This document shows, piece after piece, positions 19,565 to 28,843 of a stretch of 58,745 nt of DNA (the first letter of the stretch is position 1; each line of letters opens with the position of its first letter). Origin of the DNA: a virus (Duplodnaviria > Heunggongvirae > Uroviricota > Caudoviricetes); IMG/VR virus record IMGVR_UViG_2531839662_000025; one strand, 5' to 3'. The position numbers and the translations under genes were made by a program. Under the pieces are notes generated by a model that did not search any database, had not been told where the DNA came from, and saw only the letters and a program-made list of their open reading frames with translations.

Positions 19565-20290
19565 TTAAAGCGAGCGAATACCAACGCTGACCAGATGCTC
19601 AGACAGATCCGGCTCCGGTTCACCGCCATTGACCAGCATCCGGCTCATTGCTGTAAACATCGCAACAGGACCGTCGATTTTGGCTTCCGGCGTGGATTTA
19701 TTCGGGAAGATATTGTTGTTTTTGTCCGGTTTCACCGTAACGTTAGACATCATCCAGTTCATGACCGGGTGATTGCTGTGGTGGAAACGTCCGGCATAGA
19801 CCAGTGATTCCGTTTCCTTCATGGCCTCTGACAGATTGCGGACCGTCTGCGGAACTTCCACCAGCGGTATACCTTCTTCAGCCAGCGCCAGACTGAACTG
19901 CATTGCGCTCCACGGGTCAAATCCCAGTTCCCTGAGGTTTTCACCGCCAATCCATTCCAGTAAGTCACTTTTTATCTGAGCATGATCGATAACATCACCA
20001 TCCGTCAGGATGAGCTTATCCATCTCCGCCCACTTCCGGTAAAGTTCTGCCTGCTGCCGCGAGCATCGCTCCAGCCGTCCTTCCGGAAGCCAGAATTTAA
20101 AATCAGCATGAACATGTCCGTTATCGGTTCGCCAGAGTTTTGCCGCCGCACAGATATCAATCTTATGAGCAAGGTCGACGCCGACCCACATGGGATATGT
20201 TTTCAGCTCATGTTGTGGAGCAATGTATTCGCACTTCTCCCACTTAATCATATCCATCCAGGCAGATTCGGCAGTGACCCACACATTCAT
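19565..20290 (-). pseudogene. terminase large subunit, C-terminal (nuclease) fragment of the host prophage
   Basis: 241-aa ORF aligns by eye with the C-terminal third of the intact TerL at 20817-22478; N-terminal two thirds lie 15 kb away at 35283-36303. Confidence 0.8.
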
Positions 20291-20293
20291 GTG

Positions 20294-20309
20294 TTTGGTA
20301 AGAATATTT
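20294..20309. repeat. putative att core (left junction of satellite)
   Basis: TTGGTAAGAATATTTC; imperfect direct repeat of TTGGTAAAAAAATTC at 35276-35290, located at the terL break point. Confidence 0.5.
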
Positions 20310-20376
20310 CAAGTTTTTTAAAATCACCTGTATATCAATCATTTAACATGAAAAAACAGTCTTTATAAATCATCGA

Positions 20377-20397
20377 GCAATACACAGCGCAATACAC
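20377..20397. repeat. arm-type repeat GCAATACACAGCGCAATACAC
   Basis: Near-identical tandem motif also at 35125-35145 just inside the other satellite end. Confidence 0.5.
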
Positions 20398-20582
20398 GTA
20401 TCTGTATTGTTTTAATGCTGATACACACCGTTTTTTGATACAGTGATTCGACCTACCATCGCGAAGCATTTTTTATTTCTTGTGTGTAACAATCTGACGA
20501 GGTGAGCACTCAAAGAGATAAGAGGCAGTAGAAATTTCGATCCCCCCTGAATGCAATTTTTCGTATATATATACAAAACAGT

Positions 20583-20741
20583 GCGGGTTATGCGGGTTAG
20601 CGGGTTATCTTCGCGTGCTAAGTATTTTTTACTCTTTAATATCAATACGTTAAAAAACAACGTATCTAAATATCAGCCAGAATGTAACCCGCAAGACATT
20701 CAAAATAACCCGCAAACACCACTCAAATAACCCGCAAAAAC
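20583..20741. repeat. iteron cluster (GCGGGTTAT motif), three direct plus three inverted copies around an AT-rich spacer
   Basis: Direct copies at 20584, 20593, 20602; inverted copies at 20686, 20706, 20728. Confidence 0.7.
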
Positions 20742-20816
20742 ATCCCTGAAAGTGGGTGCCGATAATACTGAAAATTTATTCCATTAAATGAGCATTATCC
20801 TCTCTCATCCATTCCG

Positions 20817-22478
20817 TTACACACCATCAAACGTCGCAAGCCGCTCTTTGTGGCTGTCGCTCATATCGAATGCAAATTCCTCATGCTCTGCCTGGAATGT
20901 GCCAAACGCCATCAGCGCCGCAACGCTCGGGTCTATCTTGTTGGATGATTTTTTCTTGTTCGGCTTGATATTGGCGTTCGCGTCACTCTGCATCACAACA
21001 TTACTCATTGACCAGGCCAGCACCGGATCACCACGATGCACAATCACCTTCCGGTTAACAAAAACTTCGAACGATTTCGCCGCCGGACTGAAACGAAGGT
21101 ACGTTTGCGGGAACGGCTCCACCTCAAATCCTGCGCCCTGTAGCTGCGTCCTCAGGTGCGTGGCGTTCCATGTATCGAAACCCACCAGCCTGATATTGAA
21201 ATTCTCTGCATCCGCCATGATGTCATCACGGATACGGTCATAATCAATGCAGTCACCCGGTGTTGTGCGTATCCAGCCCGCCTTTACCCACTGGCGATAG
21301 ATGGCGCGGTTTTTATTGGCGGGGTTCTGTAGCTGAAATTCCGGCAGATAGTGACGGGAAACCAGCATAATCTTTTTACCGACCGGAAAGGCATAGCACA
21401 CGCTGGAAATATCGCTGGTTGATGATAAGTCCAGCCCCGCGTAGCACTCCTGCCCGTATAAATCCGCCTCCGCGAACGTTCCGGCGCACTCCGCCCATGC
21501 ACCGTTACCCATCCACGGCGTGGCCCCCTGACACCAGATATTGAATCGCTTGGTGAGCATTTCCACCCACTGCGACGGAATACCCCGCGCTTTCTGGATG
21601 GTTGAGGCCAGTTTTTCACGATCGACGGAAACATCGATATTGGGATTCGCCTTTATCCACATCGCCGGATCGTCAACCTCGCTTTCATCATCCAGCTCGT
21701 AAATCAGCACGAACATGGATTCGTTCACCTCTTCACCATCCAGTATCTGGCAGCAATAGTCGTAGTGTTGTTTACAGGCTGAAACAACGTTGCTCCCCGA
21801 TGTGGTGATGGCAAATAATAACCCCTCCGGACGCGCCCCCATTCCCAGTTCAAGCGCGGAATAAACCCCGTTGTCAGGGTGCAGGTGATATTCATCCACA
21901 ATGGCAAGACTCGGGTTTGTACCTTCAATGGTTGCCGCTTTTGCTGCCAGTGGCTTTAACAGGCTGTTGGTTTTCGGGTGTATCACCTTGTGTGCCTGAA
22001 TATTTACCCGCTTTCGCAACGGTCGGGATAAAAGGCACATCTGACGCGCATCATCAAACACGATCCGCGCCTGATCACGACTCACGGCGGCGGTGTAAAT
22101 ATCCTGCTGCCCGTTTTCCATAACCAGAAACCAGTTAGCCAGGATAGCGGCGACCGTGGATTTGGCATTTTTTCGCGGCACTTCAATGAATGCGCTGGTG
22201 TATTTGCGCCGTCCGGTGGCCTTAACCTTAAAGCCCAGGATGCACGCAAAGGCGAACTGCTGCCACGGCTCCAGCTCAATGGGGCTACCGCGCATTGCGC
22301 CTTTTACGTGCGGACACACCCTGGAAAAGGCAATAAACCGCTCCACGACCTCCGGATCGAACGTGTAAAGGGGGTTTTCAAGGTCAGAAAAATACCGTTT
22401 AACGGCCTGTTTCAGTCGTTTACAGGCCGTAATTTTGCCGTTTTTTACGCCTTCTGCGTACTCATGCCAGGCGGTCAA
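20817..22478 (-). CDS. terminase large subunit (satellite-encoded, intact)
   Basis: 553-aa ORF with ATPase and nuclease halves. Confidence 0.85.
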   Translation of the reverse strand: MTAWHEYAEGVKNGKITACKRLKQAVKRYFSDLENPLYTFDPEVVERFIAFSRVCPHVKGAMRGSPIELEPWQQFAFACILGFKVKATGRRKYTSAFIEVPRKNAKSTVAAILANWFLVMENGQQDIYTAAVSRDQARIVFDDARQMCLLSRPLRKRVNIQAHKVIHPKTNSLLKPLAAKAATIEGTNPSLAIVDEYHLHPDNGVYSALELGMGARPEGLLFAITTSGSNVVSACKQHYDYCCQILDGEEVNESMFVLIYELDDESEVDDPAMWIKANPNIDVSVDREKLASTIQKARGIPSQWVEMLTKRFNIWCQGATPWMGNGAWAECAGTFAEADLYGQECYAGLDLSSTSDISSVCYAFPVGKKIMLVSRHYLPEFQLQNPANKNRAIYRQWVKAGWIRTTPGDCIDYDRIRDDIMADAENFNIRLVGFDTWNATHLRTQLQGAGFEVEPFPQTYLRFSPAAKSFEVFVNRKVIVHRGDPVLAWSMSNVVMQSDANANIKPNKKKSSNKIDPSVAALMAFGTFQAEHEEFAFDMSDSHKERLATFDGV

Positions 22479-22818
22479 GCTCGTCCTCTTCCTCTGTTTC
22501 CGGTGGATTTCTGCGGCGACTTACCGGGTCAAAACCCAGCAAAGAAGCCATTTTGATCATTATTCTTTCCGCGTCAGCCTTTGCGCTCAGGGCGGGGTTT
22601 CTGCTCTCGCTGCCCTGACTGTTAACAATGCTGAACCCGCGCGTGGCAAGGTCTTCGACGGCTTTGCGGTATATGGAGTAGTTAACGCAATACAGCTCCA
22701 GATTGCTCCAGTCGGCGGGGGTAAGGTCTTCCCGTCCGGAAAGCTGGCGCGATTTTTCCTTCCACTGCCTGACCGCGATTTCATCCAGGTAAGCGGGGGC
22801 TTTTGGTGGTCTTGCCAT
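22462..22818 (-). CDS. terminase small subunit (P27-family-like)
   Basis: Track ORF 22462-22959; likely start MARPPKAP at 22818; upstream of TerL. Confidence 0.65.
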   Translation of the reverse strand: MARPPKAPAYLDEIAVRQWKEKSRQLSGREDLTPADWSNLELYCVNYSIYRKAVEDLATRGFSIVNSQGSESRNPALSAKADAERIMIKMASLLGFDPVSRRRNPPETEEEDELDRLA

Positions 22819-23106
22819 GTTCTTTTTTCGCCCAATTATTTTCAAAAAAAATCCCGTGCACAAAAATTTGAGGAGGCGGTCGGTGTCCGGCAGGGACGGT
22901 TTCGTCCTGAAAACCTCCCCCACCCCCTCTGACAGCCTCACCAGCGATTGCGAAAACATTCCATGACCTCGCGGTCACGGTCGGTTAATCGCTTCGCTGT
23001 GGTGCGTTCTGTGCGCCCTGTCCTGTTAGCTTTGTGCCCTGTCTCCTGTGTCTTCCATAAGTCACGCTGCCTTATCAGTCCACGTATCAGCCTGTTTTGC
23101 TCCTGT

Positions 23107-23547
23107 TCAGTCATCATCGCCATACATCCAGTCGTTACGATGTGCCGCCCGTTCTTCCTGCTCGCGATACATACCCGCCTTACGGTTCGCTTTCGTGGCT
23201 GGATCTTCCCGTGTCGTCTTACGGTTGTGGCACGTCTGGCACAATGCCTGGTGGTTCCACTCAGGCCAGAAGAGAACATCACCGCCGCCATTGATGGGAA
23301 TGATGTGATCCACCACAAGAGCTGGCGTATAAATCCCCTTAGCCAGACAACGCACGCATAACGGGTTTTTGCTCAGGTACAGGGCGCGGTATTTGTCCCA
23401 CTGTCGGGAATACCCGCGCGCGCGGCGGTGTCCCCGTCTGGCATCCTCTGCACGCCATGCAGCCCGCCTGTGCTCTTCACACTTGCCGGACTTCACGCGC
23501 TTATTACAGCCCGGCTCAGTGCATCGCCTTAATGGTTGCCACGGCAT
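23107..23547 (-). CDS. HNH endonuclease (packaging-associated)
   Basis: 146-aa ORF with Cys and His motifs, adjacent to TerS as in HK97-like cos phages. Confidence 0.75.
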   Translation of the reverse strand: MPWQPLRRCTEPGCNKRVKSGKCEEHRRAAWRAEDARRGHRRARGYSRQWDKYRALYLSKNPLCVRCLAKGIYTPALVVDHIIPINGGGDVLFWPEWNHQALCQTCHNRKTTREDPATKANRKAGMYREQEERAAHRNDWMYGDDD

Positions 23548-23846
23548 CAGTACACCCCCACATCACGATAAACCGACCAGAGCGCAGAAATAGCCATAGG
23601 CAGTTCAGACTGCTCCACTGGTGAAACTGCTTCCCTGTTCTCGTACAGGAAAGCGATGTACATCAGGCAACCAACACGCATTGCCGGGGTAAATTCCAGC
23701 CCGTCTTCAAAACGTTTCCCGATATGCTTCTGGCAGGCTTCCAGCGCCGCATCGGTATACATTTTCAGAAGTTCGCCTTCTCCGGAAAAGTCATCAAGGC
23801 GAAGATGTGCCCTGACCTCATCAGGTGTAATTTTTTCTTCACTCAT
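23547..23846 (-). CDS. head-tail connector protein (gp6-like)
   Basis: Track ORF 23547-23927; likely start MSEEKIT at 23846. Confidence 0.6.
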   Translation of the reverse strand: MSEEKITPDEVRAHLRLDDFSGEGELLKMYTDAALEACQKHIGKRFEDGLEFTPAMRVGCLMYIAFLYENREAVSPVEQSELPMAISALWSVYRDVGVY

Positions 23847-25053
23847 CTTTTTCACCTTTAATTTCCACCGTCTGCTTCCATGCCTGGCTGAATTCGTCGC
23901 CACCTTCGCGCGGCGGCATCCCCTCACGTTCGCGGGCTTCGTTCGGATTCATGATCCCGTTCTTAATCCCTTTCTCATACGTGGCGTAACGCTCGGTAGG
24001 GGTGGCGCGCAGTAAATCGGCTGAATCAAACTCAACCAGATAACGGGTACCAGGTACGGGAGAAGCCACCAGCAAAGCGGCCTTGATTTGCTGTTCGAAG
24101 TTCGCCAGCCACGGACGCATTGTCATAGTCAGAAACGCGCGGCTTGCCTCACTGAAATTGCTGTAGGTGCTGTTGCTGTATTCCTGAAGAAAAATCGGCG
24201 ACACGTTGAACATACGGGCAATGTCTTCAATGGAGAAGCGACGGGAGGCCAGCCATTCCGCATCCTGGTTACTCATCCCCAGTTGCCTGTAATCCATGCC
24301 CCCTTCAAGGATTGGCGTTTTTCCGGCATTTTTCGCCCCCTTATAGCGTTCCAGAGCATCTAATGCCTGTTTACCTTTCACGCCGTCCAGCCATTCGCCT
24401 GACGTGATAATCCCTGCCGCCATCATGCCATCTTTCATAATGCTGGCTCCGTGGCGCTGTTGAGCAAGGCCAAGCCCCAGCGCCTCACGGCAAATCGTGA
24501 CAGGGGAGCGCCCCAGAAAGCCATCATCCGAGGCATAGCGGAGATGCAGAACTTCTTCCTGTAAATACGTGCGTACCGTTCCTGTATAGGGTTCGGTGAT
24601 GGTATAGCGGTATTTGTGTGCGCCTGTGCGTTCCGGTACAACACACCCCGGCGCATAAGGATGAAGTGATTTTGGCTGACCGTCCCGCCCCCACTCAATA
24701 ACCGCATAGGCGTTACCGTTCAGCAGGCAGTGACGCATCATTGTGCGTTTAAACTGGTAAGGTGTCTGGCACGAATTAGGCTGCTCATTCAGCAGAATAT
24801 CGACCGGGTGACTGTCCAGCCATTCCCGCGCCTCCCTGCCCTTGTCATTGCGTACCAGATACAGATAACACGGCATCGTGGCCACCGCCTCAGCGATGAC
24901 AGAAACCGCGTTCATCACAGCAGGCAATGATTCAGCCGTCCCGGCAGAAACATATTCTCCGGATCCGGTATTCGGTACGCCGGACAGCGCCAGAAAATCA
25001 TCAATGGACAGGTTACGCAGATCGCTTTTTTTACGACTAAAAGGCCACCACAT
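23839..25053 (-). CDS. portal protein (satellite-encoded)
   Basis: Track ORF 23839-25143; likely start at 25053 abutting protease stop. Confidence 0.8.
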   Translation of the reverse strand: MWWPFSRKKSDLRNLSIDDFLALSGVPNTGSGEYVSAGTAESLPAVMNAVSVIAEAVATMPCYLYLVRNDKGREAREWLDSHPVDILLNEQPNSCQTPYQFKRTMMRHCLLNGNAYAVIEWGRDGQPKSLHPYAPGCVVPERTGAHKYRYTITEPYTGTVRTYLQEEVLHLRYASDDGFLGRSPVTICREALGLGLAQQRHGASIMKDGMMAAGIITSGEWLDGVKGKQALDALERYKGAKNAGKTPILEGGMDYRQLGMSNQDAEWLASRRFSIEDIARMFNVSPIFLQEYSNSTYSNFSEASRAFLTMTMRPWLANFEQQIKAALLVASPVPGTRYLVEFDSADLLRATPTERYATYEKGIKNGIMNPNEAREREGMPPREGGDEFSQAWKQTVEIKGEKDE

Positions 25054-25054
25054 A

Positions 25055-25615
25055 TCACAACCCCGCCAGTTCAGCCCAGCGATGACGATTATTTCCTGTC
25101 GGGCGTAATTCAGGGTGCTGTGCAAACAACGAACGGTGGGCAATCTCCACGCCGGATTCGGGATAAGCAGGCATCGACGTTATCGTGATTTCACGGAGTT
25201 CTGCGGCGGTAACAGTGCGCAGATACGGTTTTTGCGCGATATTCCACTCTTCGCATAATGCGCGAAAGCCAAAGCTCATTCCTGTAATGTCGCCACGCTC
25301 CACCAGCGTAAGCACATCTTTTCCAAGCTGGGTATCAGGCGGTGTCAGTTCAAAACGTAGCCCGGTGTTGTCCTCAGTCAGTACCAGTGTTCCGGATTTG
25401 GTGCGCCCCAGCAGTCGGGTATAGTCATGCTCATACAGGCAGCGCACATCATTACCCGCCGCCAGATAGTCAGCAAAAGCCCCCGGCGTGAACTGTTCGC
25501 GGAATTCGTCCCAGATAATTTCTGAAAGGCTGTTCCAGCGAACGGCATAACCCACCAGTTTTTTATCGCTGGCGGTCAGTTCAGATGTACGGATTTCAAA
25601 ATCGGTATTTTGCAT
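25055..25615 (-). CDS. prohead protease (HK97 family, satellite-encoded)
   Basis: Track ORF 25055-25831; likely start MQNTDFEI at 25615. Confidence 0.75.
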   Translation of the reverse strand: MQNTDFEIRTSELTASDKKLVGYAVRWNSLSEIIWDEFREQFTPGAFADYLAAGNDVRCLYEHDYTRLLGRTKSGTLVLTEDNTGLRFELTPPDTQLGKDVLTLVERGDITGMSFGFRALCEEWNIAQKPYLRTVTAAELREITITSMPAYPESGVEIAHRSLFAQHPELRPTGNNRHRWAELAGL

Positions 25616-25664
25616 CGGTGTACTCCATAAAGCTGAAAAAGGAGGCCGAAGCCCCCTTTGCTCA

Positions 25665-26810
25665 TTACTTGCCAGCCTGAATTTCCAGAATCTTGATGGC
25701 GTTCGAATCCACCACACCACCGCCCAGATATTTCTGGGTATAGATGTTAATGAATCCAGGTTCGCTGAAATCCAGACGGGTACGCGTACCGGTTTCATGG
25801 TCAACGATGAAATAACCGCGCTTAAAGTCACCTACTGCAATCACACCGTCCGGCATAAATTCCAGATATTCAACCGGAAGCCCCAGCAGAGAATCAGGAT
25901 CACCAGCCTGTAAACGATCGCGCCAGATGTAATCACCAGTGGCATTTTTCAGTTTTTGTGCGGAGGCGGCTGTATTTGAGTTCATCACCCATACAGCTTT
26001 TTTGCGGTACTTATTGCGCAGCGTAAATTTCAGGTCAATCAGCATGTCGGCGCTGAGACTGCCAGTAACTTTTTTCGTCTGGAGCGTACCGAAAGGACGG
26101 GTTTTGTCGTTATCCGCAGTGCGCGGAAAAGCCAGGAAACCTTTAGCTTTTTTCTCGCCATCACCGGAAACCAGATCCGTTTCTTCGGTATCAACGAAAG
26201 TGTCGCCAATTTCAGAAGATAACCAGCCCATAATATCGACTTCGGAAAAATCGATAATTTCCTGAGTGGTTTTCGGGTAAGCGTAGATCGGATACAGGCG
26301 GATACTGACTTCATTCAGTTTTGGTGTTGCCGTCTGGTTACGTGCCGCACCTTCTTCGCCGTGTTCAACGACCGCACCCCCGGCAGAAACCAATTGCTTA
26401 AATTCATTGCTGTGAATGGTTTTAACAGTACAGATTTTACGCATCACCGATTCATCAGAAAGCTGACGCATAATTTCTCTGTTCAGTTCCGGGATAACCG
26501 TATAACCACCATCAGCCGGGACACTGCCGGACAGGTTGCGGGTTTCCCCGGTCAGAATGTAAGAGCGCAGTTCGTCTTTGGTTATTTTCTCTTCGACGGA
26601 AACACCAGGCTGGTTACGTTCTTCATCAGCCACAGATTCGAGGCGGGAAATTTCTGTGTCGAGGGAATCGGCTTTTGCACGCAGTTCATCAAACTGTTTG
26701 CCCTCGTCATCGTTCAGGCTGCGGTTTTCACTGTCGGCTTTTTCCAGCAGGGATCGCATCTGGTTTTTCAGGGCGGTTTTTTGCTGGCGGAGTTCGATTA
26801 ATTTCTTCAT
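25665..26810 (-). CDS. major capsid protein (HK97 fold, satellite-encoded)
   Basis: 381-aa ORF with N-terminal coiled-coil; related in pattern to the host prophage MCP. Confidence 0.85.
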   Translation of the reverse strand: MKKLIELRQQKTALKNQMRSLLEKADSENRSLNDDEGKQFDELRAKADSLDTEISRLESVADEERNQPGVSVEEKITKDELRSYILTGETRNLSGSVPADGGYTVIPELNREIMRQLSDESVMRKICTVKTIHSNEFKQLVSAGGAVVEHGEEGAARNQTATPKLNEVSIRLYPIYAYPKTTQEIIDFSEVDIMGWLSSEIGDTFVDTEETDLVSGDGEKKAKGFLAFPRTADNDKTRPFGTLQTKKVTGSLSADMLIDLKFTLRNKYRKKAVWVMNSNTAASAQKLKNATGDYIWRDRLQAGDPDSLLGLPVEYLEFMPDGVIAVGDFKRGYFIVDHETGTRTRLDFSEPGFINIYTQKYLGGGVVDSNAIKILEIQAGK

Positions 26811-27104
26811 GAAGGTTTTCTCGTATTGGTTAAGATTCAGGACGTGAAACCAACACGGAGGGAGCGCCGCCCGACACTCTCGGCATCTCGCAGATCAACC
26901 CGGCATCGCGCAGGGGGTCAGGCGGCATTGTGGCGGCTCACGTCTGAGTGCCACACGCCAACATATACATAAAAATCAGTATGTAAACATCAGCCAGAAT
27001 CACCGAACAACCTGGAACAACCACGAACAAATAATTTACAAAACCTGAAAAAATAAATAAGCTGTTCCGTACATTTTCTGCTCGTCAATCAGGAGGAACG
27101 AACT

Positions 27105-27578
27105 ATGTCAGAAAATGAACTGAAAAAAGCAATGTTCATTCAGCAACGATTGCAGATTCTCCACCTTGGTAAACACTATGATGAGTTCAGCGATTCTTAC
27201 GTGTATGCCTGGGAGGCAGATGTTTATCCTTTCTTGCAGGATGGCGACGGAAGTATTCCTACTCGCCCACATGAAATTTACGAAGAGTTTTTCGGCACAT
27301 CTAAAAACAAAGCTAAAAAGATATACGATCGTCTGTGCAAAGCCTGGCACGACCGGGAGGCGCTCACATTCTATAAACTAGAAAGTGAATATGGTGTAAC
27401 AAGTAGCAGCATGCACGGATGGACACGAAGTGATTTACTTCACATTTGCCGCTATCTGTATCTTGAGGGGTGTTTCGATAAAGATTTCTGGGAAACATTA
27501 CTGGAAAACGGAAAATGCCCAAGCGAAGCACTTTACCTTAGCGATGAATTTAATCGCGATACAGAGATCGACTTCTAA
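27105..27578 (+). CDS. hypothetical protein (accessory cargo gene of the satellite)
   Basis: 157-aa ORF on the opposite strand to all flanking satellite genes, lower GC, own terminator; no family recognised. Confidence 0.6.
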   Translation: MSENELKKAMFIQQRLQILHLGKHYDEFSDSYVYAWEADVYPFLQDGDGSIPTRPHEIYEEFFGTSKNKAKKIYDRLCKAWHDREALTFYKLESEYGVTSSSMHGWTRSDLLHICRYLYLEGCFDKDFWETLLENGKCPSEALYLSDEFNRDTEIDF

Positions 27579-27580
27579 AA

Positions 27581-27614
27581 ATAATGGCCTGGAAAATACC
27601 AGGCCATTATTATT
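27581..27614. terminator. bidirectional rho-independent terminator
   Basis: 10-bp stem AATGGCCTGG/CCAGGCCATT with T/A runs on both sides, between convergent genes. Confidence 0.6.
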
Positions 27615-27902
27615 CTACCGTTTCACGGGATCACGCATTCTGCGCCTTATTTTCCACAGATATTCGATCATCGCTTCCACCTGCTCACGGTTGGTTGCGA
27701 AAATTTCCCCGGTCAGTGAGCTACGCAGAAAATCATGATGATCCACAAAAAATAACGCATCGGAAGAAAGCAGCCGGCGATATTTTTTTACTGTCGTGGT
27801 TTCCAGATCATCAAAACCATGAAACTTTTTATGTTGCTGAACTTCTTCAAATGTCACAGGCATGTTTCCTCCTGCTACCACGATACCAGAAACAGTTAAC
27901 AA
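27615..27902 (-). CDS. hypothetical protein
   Basis: Track ORF; likely start MPVTFEEV at 27863. Confidence 0.4.
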   Translation of the reverse strand: MLTVSGIVVAGGNMPVTFEEVQQHKKFHGFDDLETTTVKKYRRLLSSDALFFVDHHDFLRSSLTGEIFATNREQVEAMIEYLWKIRRRMRDPVKR

Positions 27903-28204
27903 CCGTTATCAATTATCCCCTTTTTTTTCGGGTAGTTCCTGAACATCTCACCGCCAGGTTTCTGTAAGCCCATCCCGGTATGTGTGCGGTTTATGGCCTC
28001 TTTCAGTATTCCGAAATTATCCGGTATGACTGGTTGGCGCGCTGCCTTACGGATACATTCCGCGCGACGCTTTGCCACCTGTTCGCGCTCCTTGTCAGTG
28101 CTCACCAGCCACATAACATCAGCCCAACGTGCCGCCGCTCTCCGGTACAGCCCTTTAGCCTCCAGTTCTTCCGCTTTGCTGTCTTTAATCATGCTGTACC
28201 TCAC
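27896..28204 (-). CDS. PerC-family transcriptional activator homolog
   Basis: About 100 aa containing AEELEAKGLYRRAAARWADVM, the PerC/Pch signature as I recall it. Confidence 0.55.
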   Translation of the reverse strand: MRYSMIKDSKAEELEAKGLYRRAAARWADVMWLVSTDKEREQVAKRRAECIRKAARQPVIPDNFGILKEAINRTHTGMGLQKPGGEMFRNYPKKKGIIDNGC

Positions 28205-28207
28205 TGC

Positions 28208-28633
28208 TTAAAACGGTATCCCGTCCCCGTACGGATCATCGTGCTGGCCTGTCTGTTGTTTTGCCCTGTTCAGTGCGTCAGTAGCCTGGCCCTGCTGGCC
28301 TTTTTTGCCGCCCGGTCGCGCCGTTCGCGCACTGATTACGCTGTCTGCGATGACCTGCCAGCCCTGCCGCATTTCGCCGTTCTGGCCTGTCCACTGGCTT
28401 ACCTGCATGTTACCCGCCACACTCACCAGTTCGCCTTTCTGGTGTTTTGCCAGTGCATCGGCCTGTCTGCCAAACGCCAGGACGGATAACCACATCGTCG
28501 CCGTTCCGTCATCTGCCTGGCTGCACGGCAGGGGAACCGCCATACTCGCCATAGCCATTTGTGTCCCCTTGCTGGTGGTCTTTAACTGCGGGTCAGCCAC
28601 CAGCCGCCCGTAAGCCGCTATCTGTGCTGTCAT
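28208..28633 (-). CDS. single-stranded DNA-binding protein-like
   Basis: 141-aa ORF with Gly/Gln-rich linker and acidic C-terminal tail ending DGIPF. Confidence 0.55.
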   Translation of the reverse strand: MTAQIAAYGRLVADPQLKTTSKGTQMAMASMAVPLPCSQADDGTATMWLSVLAFGRQADALAKHQKGELVSVAGNMQVSQWTGQNGEMRQGWQVIADSVISARTARPGGKKGQQGQATDALNRAKQQTGQHDDPYGDGIPF

Positions 28634-28696
28634 GCTGTCTGTTCTCCGGTTTTAACGTTGATTGTTACGCTTGTTTACACCCTTACGGTGAAATTC

Positions 28697-28820
28697 TGCG
28701 GGTTATAATCGCACTTTTGCGGGTTATAACTGCCGTTTTGCGGGTTACGTGCGGGTTATTGATTTCCTTTTTATTCATACAGTTAATGCACTTATACACA
28801 GGATAACCCGCATAACCCGC
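28697..28820. repeat. putative satellite replication origin: GCGGGTTAT iterons at 21-bp spacing plus inverted copies
   Basis: Direct copies at 28697, 28718, 28739, 28751; inverted at 28803, 28812; immediately downstream of primase. Confidence 0.65.
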
Positions 28821-28843
28821 AACTTTTCACCTCACACAGGGGG

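Noticed and set aside
20412-20660. 82-aa minus-strand ORF over the iteron cluster
   Set aside because: Overlaps tandem and inverted repeats and an AT-rich spacer; no ribosome-binding context; more likely non-coding.
20583-28820. Possible CRISPR array suggested by repeated GCGGGTTAT units
   Set aside because: Units are 9 bp, irregularly spaced, partly inverted, and there are no spacers of uniform length or cas genes; they behave as origin-type iterons.
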